Shown here: positions 1-12,809 of the stretch, piece after piece | Layout: each line of letters opens with the position of its first letter | Position numbering within the stretch: the stretch's first letter is position 1 | Assembly: GCA_951406725.2 (NCBI GenBank) | Contig: OX597817.1 | Coordinates: 110,422,001 to 110,486,000, forward strand | Reading direction: 5' to 3' | Origin: Octopus vulgaris | Taxonomy: Eukaryota | DNA: 64,000 bases | Translations under genes and position numbers: made by a program | The notes under the pieces: model-generated | The model's database searches: none | The model's input: only the letters and a program-made list of their open reading frames with translations | Told to the model about the DNA's origin: nothing

Positions 1-530
1 TTTTTTCTTCTTTTCCCTTTTTTGTTTTTTTTTCAATCAAATGACAAGTGACATTGAAACTGTTGACCTAATGAATACCTTACCAAAACATTTATATAAA
101 TGAATCTGTCATCTTGAAAACTATATTAAAAAAATGTATAAACACAGAAAGTTCATGGTAGAAACACGCAGCAGGTGCATGAACAACAAAGACAGTTTCA
201 GTGGGAACTGGAACTAAAGCAAGAGAGGAGGCAAAGGTGATAAAAAATTAAGGGAAGGAAAGACAAGCCACCAGTGTGTGAGACTTTACATGGTGTGATC
301 CACTTGCTAAATTTACACCTTACCAGCTCAAAGAAGGAAATAACACATTATATAGTTCTGTGCAGTTGTAATAATATGGGATGATCACAGTTGAAATATC
401 TTTAACTCTTTGATACCAACCTGCCCTTGGTTAAATGGCACCAACTTTTTGTTTTAAAGAGAACTGAATAAAATTTCCCTAGAAAATTTCATGCCAATTT
501 GTTTCAAACATCATCTTAATAACAAGGTTT

Positions 531-584
<54 letters not shown>

Positions 585-1152
585 AGACTTCTTACAGTTT
601 CCATCTACCAAATCCGTTTACATGGCCTTGGTCAGCCCAAGGCTATAGTAAGAAGATACTTGCCCAAGGTGCCACTCAGTGGTACTGAACGCTTGACTGC
701 ATTGTTGGGAAGCAAGTTTCTCAACCTCATAGTCATGCCTCTACCTCTGTGTGTGTGTGTGTTTATAAGGCTGCCAATTGACTGTTGTTAGACCATCAGG
801 TAGATTTCTTTGCAGTACCCATTCTGGCTCTCTGTGCTCTAAGTTCAAACTCCCCTGAACCCAACTTTGCCTTTTATCCTTTTGAGGTCCATAAATAAAG
901 TACTTGGCCTGTATTGGGATTCATTCTTCTCTCTCTTACTCTACAAATTTGCTGTGCCAAGACACACCTTATGTTATGATGATGCCTTATGACACCATCA
1001 AGAAGAGCCCAAGGCAAAACACACACACTTCGATTTTTTTGTTGGGTAAGAAATGTAAATTGAAATTAATGAGAATAAAGCTGATTAGCCCATTCTTCAA
1101 CAAATTAGGAATCTCTGAAGATCCCTTACACTTTTTTTTTCTTCCTTTCTAG

Positions 1153-1462
1153 ATGCTTGTGCCTTCATTTGACCTCATTTGCTTCTTGGAGCAGTAAAAT
1201 TGGTGCCTCTTTCTAGTTTGATATTTATGGTACTTAACTGAGCTATATTGTGAAATGTTGTTGGTGGAGACACAATGTCTGAATGAGGTTCATTATTGTA
1301 AAGATTTCTTCAGATTTTAAAATGTAAATGGTAGCTATATTTACAACAAAGTTTCCTTTATGTGACTACAGCTGTGCTGATAATGGTACTAGCTCTGGTT
1401 TAGAGCTGGTGCCAGAGTGGGTGTTTCCTCTGCTAGCTCCTTTGCAGTAACAACAACAAATG
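1153..1462 (+). other. Candidate upstream (5' UTR) exon ending in ATG|gtaag, containing short uORFs
   Basis: Strong polypyrimidine tract and AG at 1151-1152; non-repetitive sequence; caacaaATG at 1460-1462 directly followed by GTAAGC. Confidence 0.4.
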
Positions 1463-1613
1463 GTAAGCACTAACAAAATTCAAGCTAGTGATACTTAACA
1501 AAGCTAAAATTAAAATCTAGAACTGAATAGGTGTGTGTGTGTTTGTCTGTTTAAAAAATATGTAAATGTGTATAAATGGGAGACAGAATACTCAATACAT
1601 GTAACTGTATATT

Positions 1614-1660
<47 letters not shown>

Positions 1661-2758
1661 ATATATACACACACTCGCACACATATATGCAAACTTATAC
1701 ACACACATCATATAAATATGTACATACATATTCTCTTATGTGCATGGACATGTATACAATTTTCATTACATAATTTGGGGGTTCTGTCTGGTTTCTGCTT
1801 CTGTCTTAGTTTGCTACTTCTCTTAAACAAATCAAGAACCCCATGGAGGACAGAGAGACTGTTTCAAAGTCATCTGATTACAGGTATCTCATTCATTTTG
1901 GTTATTTTCACTTCTTTTTATCATTTTACTTTATCCAGCTTTACCGTGTTGTCATGGTACTGCCAGTGAATAGTGTTTGGTACAACTAAGTTTGCAAATA
2001 TCTCATTCCAGCTAAAACAAGTGGTCAAGACCACTTCTCCAAATAAATTTCCAGGCTGAAGCATCTCACAAAAAGATCAGATGGTAAATTCTGTAGAATA
2101 AAAAATAATATTCTTGATGTGAGAATTTTATGAACCTACAAGAGAACATGAAATAATTGTTTCTTGCAATATTGGTTCCCAAGGCACACATAAAGCTATA
2201 AATAATAGTAATATTTTCATTTAAAGTGTGAAATGTATTTCAGGATCACCATTGAAAAAATAAACTTTCTTTATCCTGATAGTGTTTTTTATACACTTAT
2301 TTTTAATTATCAATTTAATAACTTTAACAGTATGGTTGCATTTCTCCATCTTTAGCATGTCAGATTTATCTATTGTATGTATATCAGACAAGGTATTTTC
2401 TCTATTTCCTCTTATATAATTTTTTTTTTATAGTCTTGCTGTACTATACTCTCCCTGCGCCATATCTGAAAATCTTGATTCTCTCTTACTGGTTTCAATC
2501 ATTAGATGTGGTTGAACTGGGTACTGCCTTTTGCATTTTTGTCGATTACATAGATTTCCCCTCTTCACCTCAATATTCATTTATCAGTCTCAGAAATGTG
2601 AAAGGCAAAGCAGTCTTGGGTAGGAGCTAAGTTCAGAACATAAAGGAACGTAAGCAAATACCACAAGATATTTTGTCTTTTGTTCCACTGATTCTATCAT
2701 TCACCAACCAATATATATATATCCAAAATAAGCAACAAGAATGACTCCGGGTTGATAA

Positions 2759-2791
<33 letters not shown>

Positions 2792-2810
2792 TTATATATA
2801 TATTTTTAAT

Positions 2811-3335
2811 ATAGTGGTTGTATACTGTCAACTCAATGTGACAGTCTCGTAAGGGAATTACACCACCGCCATCTAGCCCTAGGAAACATTGACGTTTCCT
2901 GTTGGCTTTGACACATTTTCTGTGTCCTTATATTTGCAAAGGGGAGGCAATCACTCCCGCCAGCTGGGACTAAGCACCTGAAGACATATGTTTCTGAGTG
3001 TATTGCTCGTCATCAGTTCAGGGTAACCTGCCTCGCTCGCTGAGATGACTGCAACCTCTCTGCAAATATATCCTATTTTCAGTAGAATTTATTTACTGAT
3101 CATCAAAATTAGAAATATTGAATTTCTAAATGTCTCATGAGTGGTGGTGGAGTGATATAGTGGTTGTATACTGTCAACTCAACATGACAGTCTCGTAAGG
3201 GAATTACACCACCGTCATTTAGCCCTAGGAAACATCGACGTTTTTTCCTGTCACGTTGAGTTGACAGTTTACAACCACTATATCGCCCCACCACCACTCA
3301 TATCTCTCTGAGACATTTAGAAATTCAATATTTAT
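2811..3335 (-). mobile_element. Non-coding Penelope-like terminal-repeat element with hammerhead
   Basis: 2811-2900 is repeated directly at 3157-3250, and about 3113-3190 is inverted at about 3249-3333. This partial-tandem plus inverted arrangement is typical of PLEs. Contains an HHR. Confidence 0.7.
2977..3022 (-). ncRNA. Minimal type I hammerhead ribozyme
   Basis: Minus strand reads CCUGAA-CUGAUGA-C-GAG(CAAUACA)CUC-A-GAAAC-AUAU-GUC^UUCAGG: 6-bp helix I, intact core, palindromic helix III ACAUAUGU. Confidence 0.8.
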
Positions 3336-5507
3336 AATATATATTTAATATTATATAGATACATCCCAGATGGTACACTGGCAGGTTCATTAGCATGCCA
3401 GACAAAATGCTTAGCAGCATTTCATCCCTCATTACATTCCAAGTTTAAATTCCACTGTGGTCAACTTTACTCTCCATCCTTTTGGAGTCAGTAAAATAAG
3501 GACCAGCTGAGCACTGTGATTGATCTAATCAACTTGTGCCTTCCCTACAAAAATTTCAGGCCTTGTGCTTTTAGCAGAAAGGATTATGTAGATTTTTCCA
3601 ATAGGCTTTCTGCACAAATTCTCTTTGCCAAATTTTGTAATACTGTAGTTGATCTGAGTTTGTGGGATCAAACTTGCTTGCGCTCGTGTATACTTCAAAT
3701 GTTCAATACAGTTAGCTGATATTTTTCATTTATTGTTCTGTAGTTGCTAATAATTGTTTAGCTCCATGTCATCCTTGTTTGTGCAGAACTTTTGATCAAA
3801 GGCATTCCAGCTGTGACTATCTTGTCTTTCTTCTTGGCGCAGTGCATTTTGGCTGTCATTATCTGATGAATTTTCCTTTCTGAGATAATAGTGTGATTTG
3901 AAAGAAGATTTGGCTGCTCTTGTCCTTGCCATCAGTGTTTTAATGTCCATTGCTGATGGCAGCAGTGTTTTAATGTTGTTGTGATTTTAGTTTTGATCAC
4001 GTGACTTCGATTGTCTTGATTGCTGTTATTTGCCTGCAGTGCAACTGCGCATAGTTCTGTTCTGTTTACAGCACGTGTTCAGCGTTAGTTTTTAGTTCGT
4101 CAAGACTGTAGCAACTCACTGCATAAAACTGTTATTGCGTCGAAGTTTAGTTTTGCTTACAATTTAACAATCTTTGTTTGTATTGTAGATTACTGTATTT
4201 TTAGTTGATTAAAATCTTTTAAACTTAGATATTCCACTTTATGTTTATAACGAATGTCTATTGCTGATGGCAGCAGTGTTTTAGCATTTATATTTCCATG
4301 CTTGCATGGGAAAAACAAAATATGTTGACATAGATTTTTCTGCAACTGGATGCTTTTCCTGTCACCAACTTTCATCTACTTCCAAGCAAGATTATATTAC
4401 TCCATGACCAAAAATGTTTTCATAGAAGAATGGAAATGAGGGACACCACTTTGTATGATGGTGACACTTGTTCACAATTACTGTGTGATATCAGAACAAG
4501 GTAACACACATGCTCATATGCATACATACATAAATCATTGTTTAATGTCTGCTTTCCATGCTGGTATAGGTTGGACGGTTTGACTATGGACTGGCAAGCC
4601 AGAAAGCTGCACCATGACAGAAGCATAGCTATGCAGTTAAGAGGTTCTTTCCAAACCACATGGCTTAGGTTCAGTACCACTGCATGGCATCTTGAGCAAG
4701 TGTCTTCTACTATAGACCCAGGTTGGCCAAAGCCTTTATAAATGGATATGGAAGATGGAAACTGAAAGAAGTTTGTTCCCTAACCACATGGTTTTGTGTT
4801 CAGTCCTACTGTGTGGCCTTGACAACCAAAGGCTTGTGAGTGGATTTGGTAGATGGAAACTGAAAGAAGCCCGTCATAGATATATATTATATCTATATGT
4901 GTGTGTGTCTTTGTGTATGTGCTTGTCCTTCACCATTGCTTGATAATTGCTATTGGTATGTTTACATCTCTGTAACTTAGCAGTTTGACAAATGAGTCTG
5001 ATAGAATAAGTGCAAGGTTTTACAAAAAATAAGTAGTAGGGGTGATTTGTTTGACTAAAATTCTTCAAGGTTGTGCCTCAGCATGGCTGCAGTTTAATGA
5101 CTGAAACAAGAGAAAACATGAATGAATGAATGCGTGTGTGTGTGTTGTGCCAGTGGCACGTAAAAAGTACCATTCAAGCGTGGTTGATGCCTGAACCGCC
5201 TGACTGGGCCTTGTTCTGGTGGCACGTAAAAAGCACCCATTCTTGGAGTGGTTGGTGTTAGAATGGGCATCAAGCTGTAGAAACCTTGCCACCAGGCTCC
5301 AATCTAAAAGCCATGTGGTTAGGGAGCAAACTTCTTGCAGTTTCCATCCTCCATATCCATTTATAAAGGCTTTGGCCAACCTGGGTCTATAGTAGAAGAC
5401 ACTTGTTCAAGATGCCATGCAGTGGGACTCCAAGCCATGTGGTTTGGAAAGAACCTCTTAATTGCATAGCTATGCTTCTGTTGTTGTTTATTATTTAAAA
5501 GATTTAA

Positions 5508-5725
5508 AGCAGTGAGCTGGCAGAATCATTAGTACAGTGGGCAAAATGCTTAATGGCATTTTGTCCATCTTTATGTTCTGAGTTCAAATTCCACCAAAGT
5601 CGACTTTGCCTTTCATCCTTTCGGGGTTGATAAATTAAGTACTAGTTGAGTACTGGGGGTGATGTAATAGACTACTCACCTCCCCACAAATTTCAGGCCT
5701 TGTGCCTTTAGGAGAAAGAATTATT
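5508..5725 (+). mobile_element. Second SINE family (also about 3380-3587 +, 43745-43970 -, 51352-51570 +, 62795-63007 -)
   Basis: A-box-like gagctggcagaatc, B-box gagttcaaattcc, conserved gtcgactttgcctttcatcctttcggggt central domain. Confidence 0.75.
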
Positions 5726-6654
5726 TAAGAGATAACTTAGCTGTAATGTTGCAAAAGTGATATAAAAAAATGAAGAAAAAACAGATACAAATGCATGTTG
5801 CTTACAAAAATTGTCATTGTTTTTCTCTAATTCATTTTATTTTCTTTATGGCATAATCATTAGAGCTTTGGAGAAAATGCCTTGAGGTATTTCTTCTGAT
5901 GTTTTATATTCCTAATTCAAACCATGCTGAGGTTAATTTTGCTTTCATTTTTTTTTTAGGTTGATTAAATAATGTACTACTCAAGTACAAGGTCAATAGT
6001 ATCAACTAATACCCACTTCCATCAGTGGTCAAAAAATATAGAATTTTCTCTTTAAGATGGAGCTTTTAATCTTAGTAAAGAGAAATTATTTTAATTTACC
6101 TATTTTAATGTTATACCTTTTTCACTATGACATCATTAGTACTATCTTCCTTTTTATCATCATCATCATCAAGAATACTTTTACATAATATAATTTTTCT
6201 TTTTTTTTTTTTGGTATGAATAAATCTCAACTTAATCACCGCATTCAGTTATTCCCAGCTCTGACTGACAAGTTTAAAATATTTGCATAACTGTTCCCCT
6301 ACCCCTAATGGCTTTCCAATAAAACAAAATGTTTAAAAAAAAATAGAAAGAAGAAATCTACAAAAGCAGATAGAGAGAACAGGAATGTAATATATATGGA
6401 GAGAGATAGAGAGTGAGAGAGAACTGTCTGTTAACTTTCTCATTATTATTGTATTTTATATTAGACCTTTTAGCCTTTATGACATTTGATGAATAGTATA
6501 TTTAGCAGTAGAGATTGGCAGATGTTTACCTCCCCTCTGTCACAGCTTCAGCTGCAGATGGTGGTATGAAATAGAAATAAATATGTATATAAAACAAAAA
6601 TCTCTTTAAAATTGATGTCTATTTTCATTTGTTTCTCTCATTGACAACACACAG

Positions 6655-6755
6655 CAGATAAACTTCAATAAGTAGCACGAAATAGCAAATAACACTGGCT
6701 CTCAGAGCAGTGAAGGACTTCCTTTCTAATGCCTAGCTACTACATAGATAAAGAA
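6655..6755 (+). other. Candidate non-coding 5' UTR exon
   Basis: Pyrimidine tract then acacag acceptor; GAA|gtaagt donor; unique sequence. Confidence 0.25.
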
Positions 6756-7862
6756 GTAAGTGCTTTTAACTTCTCTTGTTTTTCTCCTTGCTTCAGTTTA
6801 AATTATTGTTATTCAAAATATAGAATAAATAAACTACTTAAGGCTTTTGATAATAGAATAATAGAAGTACACATTTAGCAGCTTATTTTCAAAATATTAT
6901 TTCTTACATATTTTTTTTTCACATATTTTCACAAAATATTTTTCTCACATATGTAAAAAAAACTTTGCTTATAAGCAAGATGAAAAAAAAATGACCAGGA
7001 GTGAAAAATATTTAATGTAGTGTTGATAATACTCTTTGTTATTACCAAGTATTACTGATCTCTGATGTATACACTCATACATTGAAATATCTATATATAT
7101 GTATATATATATATTTCACTAAACTATGATGCAATCTGTTTGTGTATGTGTTCATCTAAGCATCTGTCCCCCACTATCTATTTCAATCTTTTTTTTTTAT
7201 GTGTCTATCCATCTTTACCTGTATTTACAACTATGCAATTCATTGACTTATGCATATGCATCTGAACTCGTATGAACTTGTATCTGCATTTGCTAATCAT
7301 ATAGTTACCTATTTATCTTGTTGTGTCTGGGGAGAGTTAGATTGTCTTAATACCTTATTATCTAACACATTTACCAGTTTGATTTCCACTTATTATATAT
7401 ATATATATATATATATATATTTCTTTTATTTCTCTCTTTCTCTCTCTACCTTGCCAGCTCCTGTCAAACTGTCCAACCCATGCCAGCATGGAAGATGGAC
7501 ATTAAATTATAGTATGTATGTACATATATATATATGTATATGTATAAAAGTTAAAGAGAAAGTAATAGCCCAATTAATTAGGAACAGAATTAGGCTAGAT
7601 GAAATGCAGTTTGGCTTTGTGCTGGGGAGAAGCACTACTGACACTATTTTCATAGCCAAGCAACTGCAAAAGAAGTTTATAACTAAGAATAAGTTGGAGT
7701 AAAGATTGTTTGCCAACATAACATGGCAGTCGTGGTTTAGGATGAATGTTACTATAATTTAACCCTAGGAGACAATCATCTTCAGCTGGCTATTCATCAC
7801 AGTCTGTGTCCTTATATTTTCAAAGAAGGGAATCTAGCATCCCCACTCAGCTCAAAACAATA

Positions 7863-7907
7863 TCTATGTATTGCAATTTCCTGGTTATTTCCCTTCATCA
7901 GCACAGA
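7863..7907 (-). ncRNA. Minimal hammerhead ribozyme
   Basis: UCUGUG-CUGAUGA-AGG(GAAAUAA)CCAG-GAAAU-UGCA-AUA^CAUAGA; 6-bp helix I, palindromic helix III AUUGCAAU, weak helix II. Confidence 0.65.
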
Positions 7908-8096
7908 ATAATTGTTCAGCTTGAGGTGAATTCTTTATTATGATTATACAATCAGTACACAGATGGGACATTACAATTACAAAAATGTTGAGTTCAAATG
8001 GACGTTTAAAAATTTTAATATAATATATATGATTGACTTAACTTTTAAAGTATCTTTTTTCTTAAAAAAAAAAGAAAAGAAATAAAAGAAGCAAGT

Positions 8097-10855
8097 TCAA
8101 ACTTCATACCCAGCAACTAACTTTTTCCTTTCATTGATGAATAAGCTGGGTTTACTGACACCCACCTTTCTCATCACATCCTTCTGTTTCTCATACTCTC
8201 TTAGCAGCAGGGTCTTCCTCTCCAACCCCATCTTGCTCTTCAGATGGTATCTGAAGTAGGTTAACAAACCTGGGCCAGAGACGAAGGAACCTGTCACGAA
8301 ACCTTCCATTCTAGCTTTCCAGAGATGTCTCAGCCTCAACACATGTCCGCACATCATTAACCAAGGCATTCCCAGCCTGCCCTTTAACGGTTCCTGGCAG
8401 CAAATGGAGTGCCTTACAAGTGGCTTTCCTCCCTTCCACAAATAGCGGAAAAGGAGTTGTTTCCACTTGTTTAGCCATGAATCGGGGCAAGGGACAATGG
8501 TCGGGCAGTAAGTGATTACAGATGCCATAAACACCTGTATCACCTCCACCCTTCCTTTCAAGGTCAGAGCCCTTCCGGACTACTTCCATACTATGGCCTC
8601 TACCTTGTCTGCCACCTCACTCCAATTCTTCTCCATCAGAGAGTCTGGGCCAAACCTAACTCCAAGCAACTTAACATCTGTCCAGTGACTCACAAAAGTG
8701 GACGATATCGACTTGCTCCTCCAGATGCTGAGGTGCAAGCCGATGGACTTGTCCTTATTAACTTTTGCCCCTGCCACTGCTTTGTATCTTCTGAGAACAT
8801 CTTCACAAGGTAGCTGTGCTTTGTTAGACATGATGAAGGTGACGTCATCCGCATAAGCAGAAACAGACTTACTGCATCCGATTTCATTAGGGTTGCTTCC
8901 CAACTTCTCCAACTTCTGCAGCAATGGCGCTAGAGCCAATACATACAGAAGCGGAGACAAGAGACACCCTTGACAAACTGAGCACTTGATCGAAAACGGC
9001 TCCATCAGGTAACCGTTTATCTGGACTGTGGACTTGATGCCACTGTACATAGCGGAGATCCACCTGCGAAATCCAGGGCCCTGCCCAGCTGCTTTGAGGA
9101 CCACTGCTAGGTACCGATGGTCTACCTTATCAAATGCTTTACTTCAGTCTAAATGGACCATTGCCCCTCCTTTGCCAGCTAATTTCCCAACCCTGTCTAA
9201 AGTGTAGCAGAGAAGGTGAAGATTATCCTGGATTGACCTGCCTGAGATTACACATGTCTGTGCCTTCCCTACAAGTTTCTCCACAACAGCCATCAACCTT
9301 TTCGCTAACACCTTGGCCAAAATCTTTAACTCTACATTAAGTAGAGTTATGGGCCTGTAATTGCTAATATTATCCCCCTTGCTCGAGTTTTTCTGGACCA
9401 GCGTCACCACTCCCCGGCTCACACAACTGGGAACCTTCCTATTCTGTTGCCAGTTTGCATAGACGCCTGCCAGTATATCTCCGAACAAGTCCAGCATACA
9501 ATGATAATACTGATAGGGCAGACCATTCAGCCCCGGCGACTTTTCCCTGGCACACTCGGCTAACGCCTCTCTTACCTTTGTGGGAGTGATCCGTCCTTTA
9601 CAGTACTCCACCTCACGTGCCAAGAGTCGCTGCCCACCAGCTAGGAAGACCTTCCCACGCTCAAGCGAACCGCCCACCCCCACCCCCGAACAACTGGGTG
9701 GAATGCTGGTGAAAGACTTTCTGCATCTCTTCCTGTCCATAGATCTTATGCCCCCGTTCGTCCATTAAAGACTTTTTACTTCTCTGACTCTCCACACAAC
9801 ATGCCCATCCGGCAATGTTAATGTCTTTTCATTTCCCTGCACATAGCTTAGCTCTAACTTTGCTACCTTCATGCTTGGAGTTGAGGTGATGGTACAAGAC
9901 CATTCTCGTCACCTGCACTCTAGAGGCAGAGCCAGATTCCATCGCCTTGTCTAAGTTCTTAACTAAATCACCCTCTATTCTAGTCCTATCTAAACTTAGC
10001 TGTTTGCTAAATCTAATGGACTCCAAACAGATGGCTCTTTCAAGAGCGTGCCACCATCTATTATTAATGATGGTGCCACATAATGCCCTCTGTACTAACA
10101 CCTTTATCCGGGTACGAAAGGTTTCACACGTCAAAATAGACTTCTTCATCTTCAAGTATCCGGGTCCCTGTCTCTGATATTTATCTACATGTAACTCGCA
10201 CGTCACAAGTTTGTGATCCATGTAAGGCACAATACAAAACTGTGAATAACTAAAAGTATTCTTATCTCTTTCCCTAACGGCTACCCTATCTAAGCGTGAG
10301 CTGTCGTTGTTACTCCACGTCCACTGTGGAACGCTTGGCTCATCCAGTCAGTAACAGTCTACTAGATTAAAGCTGTCTAGTAGACTCTTGAGGCTAGGAT
10401 TCCCTTTCCTATCAGTTGAGCCAACACTATCGACCCACGTATCGAAGATAGTGTTAAAATCCCCTACCAGAACTACCGTTTTTGACATCACTAGAAAGTG
10501 CTCCAGGTCTTGAAAAAGAAAACTGACTGCCCATGCTCGTTAGGAGTGTAGACAGCTACTAACCTGAAGGATTGCTTACTCACATGGGTCACATCCAGGA
10601 TGACCAGCCTACCTTCTGGGTGCAGAAAGACAGTACTTTCCTGATAAGGAATGCCACGCCCACTCCTCTTCCCCGGCTAGGAGAAATAAATTTCTCGTAA
10701 CCATTCAGAAGAGGCGAGAATGCTTGAGGTCTGCTCATCTTGGACTCAGTTGCAATAGCCACATCTATTCTATGTGTCCTGAGGTCATCCAGGAAACAAG
10801 CCTGTTTCCATTTCAACCCCATTCCATGCACATTTACACAGCCTAACTTAATCAT
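8097..10855 (-). pseudogene. L1/Tx1 ORF2 (AP endonuclease + reverse transcriptase), frameshifted
   Basis: MIKLGCVNVHG...IATES (APE N-terminus), DHKLV, KSPGLNGLP, NYRPITLLNVELKILAKVLAKRL, QGCLLSPLLY and AYADD motifs across several frames. Confidence 0.93.
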
Positions 10856-10929
10856 AGATGAATGAAAAATATTCTACTGGCGGTTGAGAGAGAAAGCATG
10901 ACAGTTTTTGTCTGCCCGCTTCCTCGACA

Positions 10930-12299
10930 CTCCCCGTAGCTGCTAGGCTTTTCACCGGCGTTGCCACCAGGCTCTGGGTTGGTGTGGCTAATGATTAGTT
11001 TGCCCGCTATCACCTCTTAGGTAACGTCTTTTATATCATTGTCTTTTAAATGTTCTTCAAGGAGTTTTTCCTTCCATTCCTCCTCTCCAACTTTTGCAAA
11101 GTGAACATCAGACCCACTGTCCGCCGTTTTATTAAAAAGTTTTATCTTTGGTTGAAATTTTATATATCGTAAAACCTTCTCGTTTTTTTTTGTTAAAGAT
11201 GATGTTATCAGTTTTTTTAAACCCTTTTAAATTTGGTGGGTGTGGTTTGGTGAACTGTTGTCCAATTAACGTAGTGCCAGTGGGGTGGGATTGGGGAATT
11301 TTTTTGTGTTGTTTGTCTGTAGTTGTATTTTTTTTTGGTTTTGGTGGGTGGGGAGTCCAGAGTGTTTGATTTCTTCTGTTTGTGCGTTACTTGGGTAAAC
11401 TCCATCTCTTCTGTTGCCTCTTGTGTGTTTTCTTTTGTTTGTTTTTTTTTTCATTTTTTTCCTTTCGTTGGTATTATTTCCACTTGTCTGTCTTTCTCCA
11501 TGTTTTGAGGAGAGGCTTCATTCTCTTTTTCTTAGTACACTTAGAGCGAACATGGCCCTTCTGCCCACATTTAAAGCATCTGGGCCTACGTCCCTCTACC
11601 GATACACAAATTGTATGCCCCTCCCCTACAAACACTCTATCAGGCTAATTTTCTAGTGTCGCGTTGTCTGCTTGAATTACCATTTCTAAAGCTTATCCAC
11701 TCCAGTTCACCAGTTCCTTTTTCCTCATTTGCAGGATTGTGATTTTCCCTTCCATGTCGTACACTACTGCCCCTGCTACCTACATTACTTTGTACCCTAC
11801 CAGAATTTCCTCTACTGTCACCTTTGTGGTCCTGTGATCCAAGTATGTGGGCAGCAGCATAATTTCCTCATTCTTCAAAGTCTGTGTCGACATATCCTTG
11901 GCTATGCTAGCCGACTCGAAATGTGCCTCAATTGTGGCACTTCTTACTCCTCAGCTAACGTAACATATTTTATTCCAAATAGGCGCCATGCACCTTTCCA
12001 TTACTTCGTTTTTTACCTCTATTATTCTTTTTTTTTAAATATTGTAAACCTTGTAGATAACTGTTTTTTCCTTTATTGCTTGTACAGTTTCAGGGGGTAG
12101 CACCAACTTGGTCTCCTCTCCACTTTTTCAATTAAACTCCTAAACTGGAATAGTTTGTCCATAGCTACTTCAAGTTCAATAACGTTTCCACCCACATTGG
12201 CCAAAAAACTCTGATTTTCCCTGGTATCCTTAAATTTTCACTCGGTTTTCCTTCTCCCACCTCAGGAAAGTCCTGTTTTAATGCAAGGTCAAAATCCAT
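10930..12299 (-). pseudogene. L1/Tx1 ORF1 with CCHC zinc knuckle, disrupted
   Basis: Minus-strand translation of 11537-11578 gives CFKCGQKGHVRSKC, preceded by VSVEGRRPR. Probable ATG at 12299; the 3' end is approximate. Confidence 0.75.
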
Positions 12300-12764
12300 G
12301 TTGAAACTTGTCACAAATGACGAGAAAAAATTTTCAGTAAAATAACCCGTAAAGGTTAACAATAAACAGTTCACAAAAATTATGACAATATTCAGAAATT
12401 TTTTGCCCCGTAGGGCAAAAATTACTGTTTGTCAAACGACAACAATTCAAATCCACATAAAGTATATCACAATAGCACAAATGTACAAAAACACAGACAG
12501 AAACGAACTCACATAATGTTGGGTAGCAAAAATTAAAAAATTGATGTGTCGCAAAAGAAAAATTGTTCAACTAGAGGTGGCGCTGCCAAATTCCTGTTCG
12601 AAATATATAGTTTTCAAAGTAACAACTTGTCACTGATCTATAAATAAAAAATTACTATTTGTAAATCTCACAACGAGATATTTGGCAACAGTACTTTGAA
12701 GTAAAGATTGTTTGCCAACATAACATGGCAGTCCTGGTTTAGGACAAATGTTGCTGTAATTTAT

Positions 12765-12809
12765 TCTGTGCTGATAAAGGGAAATAACCTGGAAATCGTG
12801 ATACACAGA
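12765..12809 (+). ncRNA. Hammerhead ribozyme copy with mutated core
   Basis: UCUGUG-CUGAUAA-AGG(GAAAUAA)CCU-G-GAAAU-CGUG-AUA^CACAGA; inverted paralogue of 7863-7907 with G8 changed to A. Confidence 0.6.

Larger units (their letters stand above)
7929..12560 (-). mobile_element. Near full-length decayed L1/Tx1-clade non-LTR retrotransposon
   Basis: ORF1 plus ORF2 (APE and RT) relics; AATAAA near the 3' end (7934-7939, minus); flanked by a 19-bp duplication with 2 mismatches (7910-7928 and 12561-12579). Confidence 0.88.
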
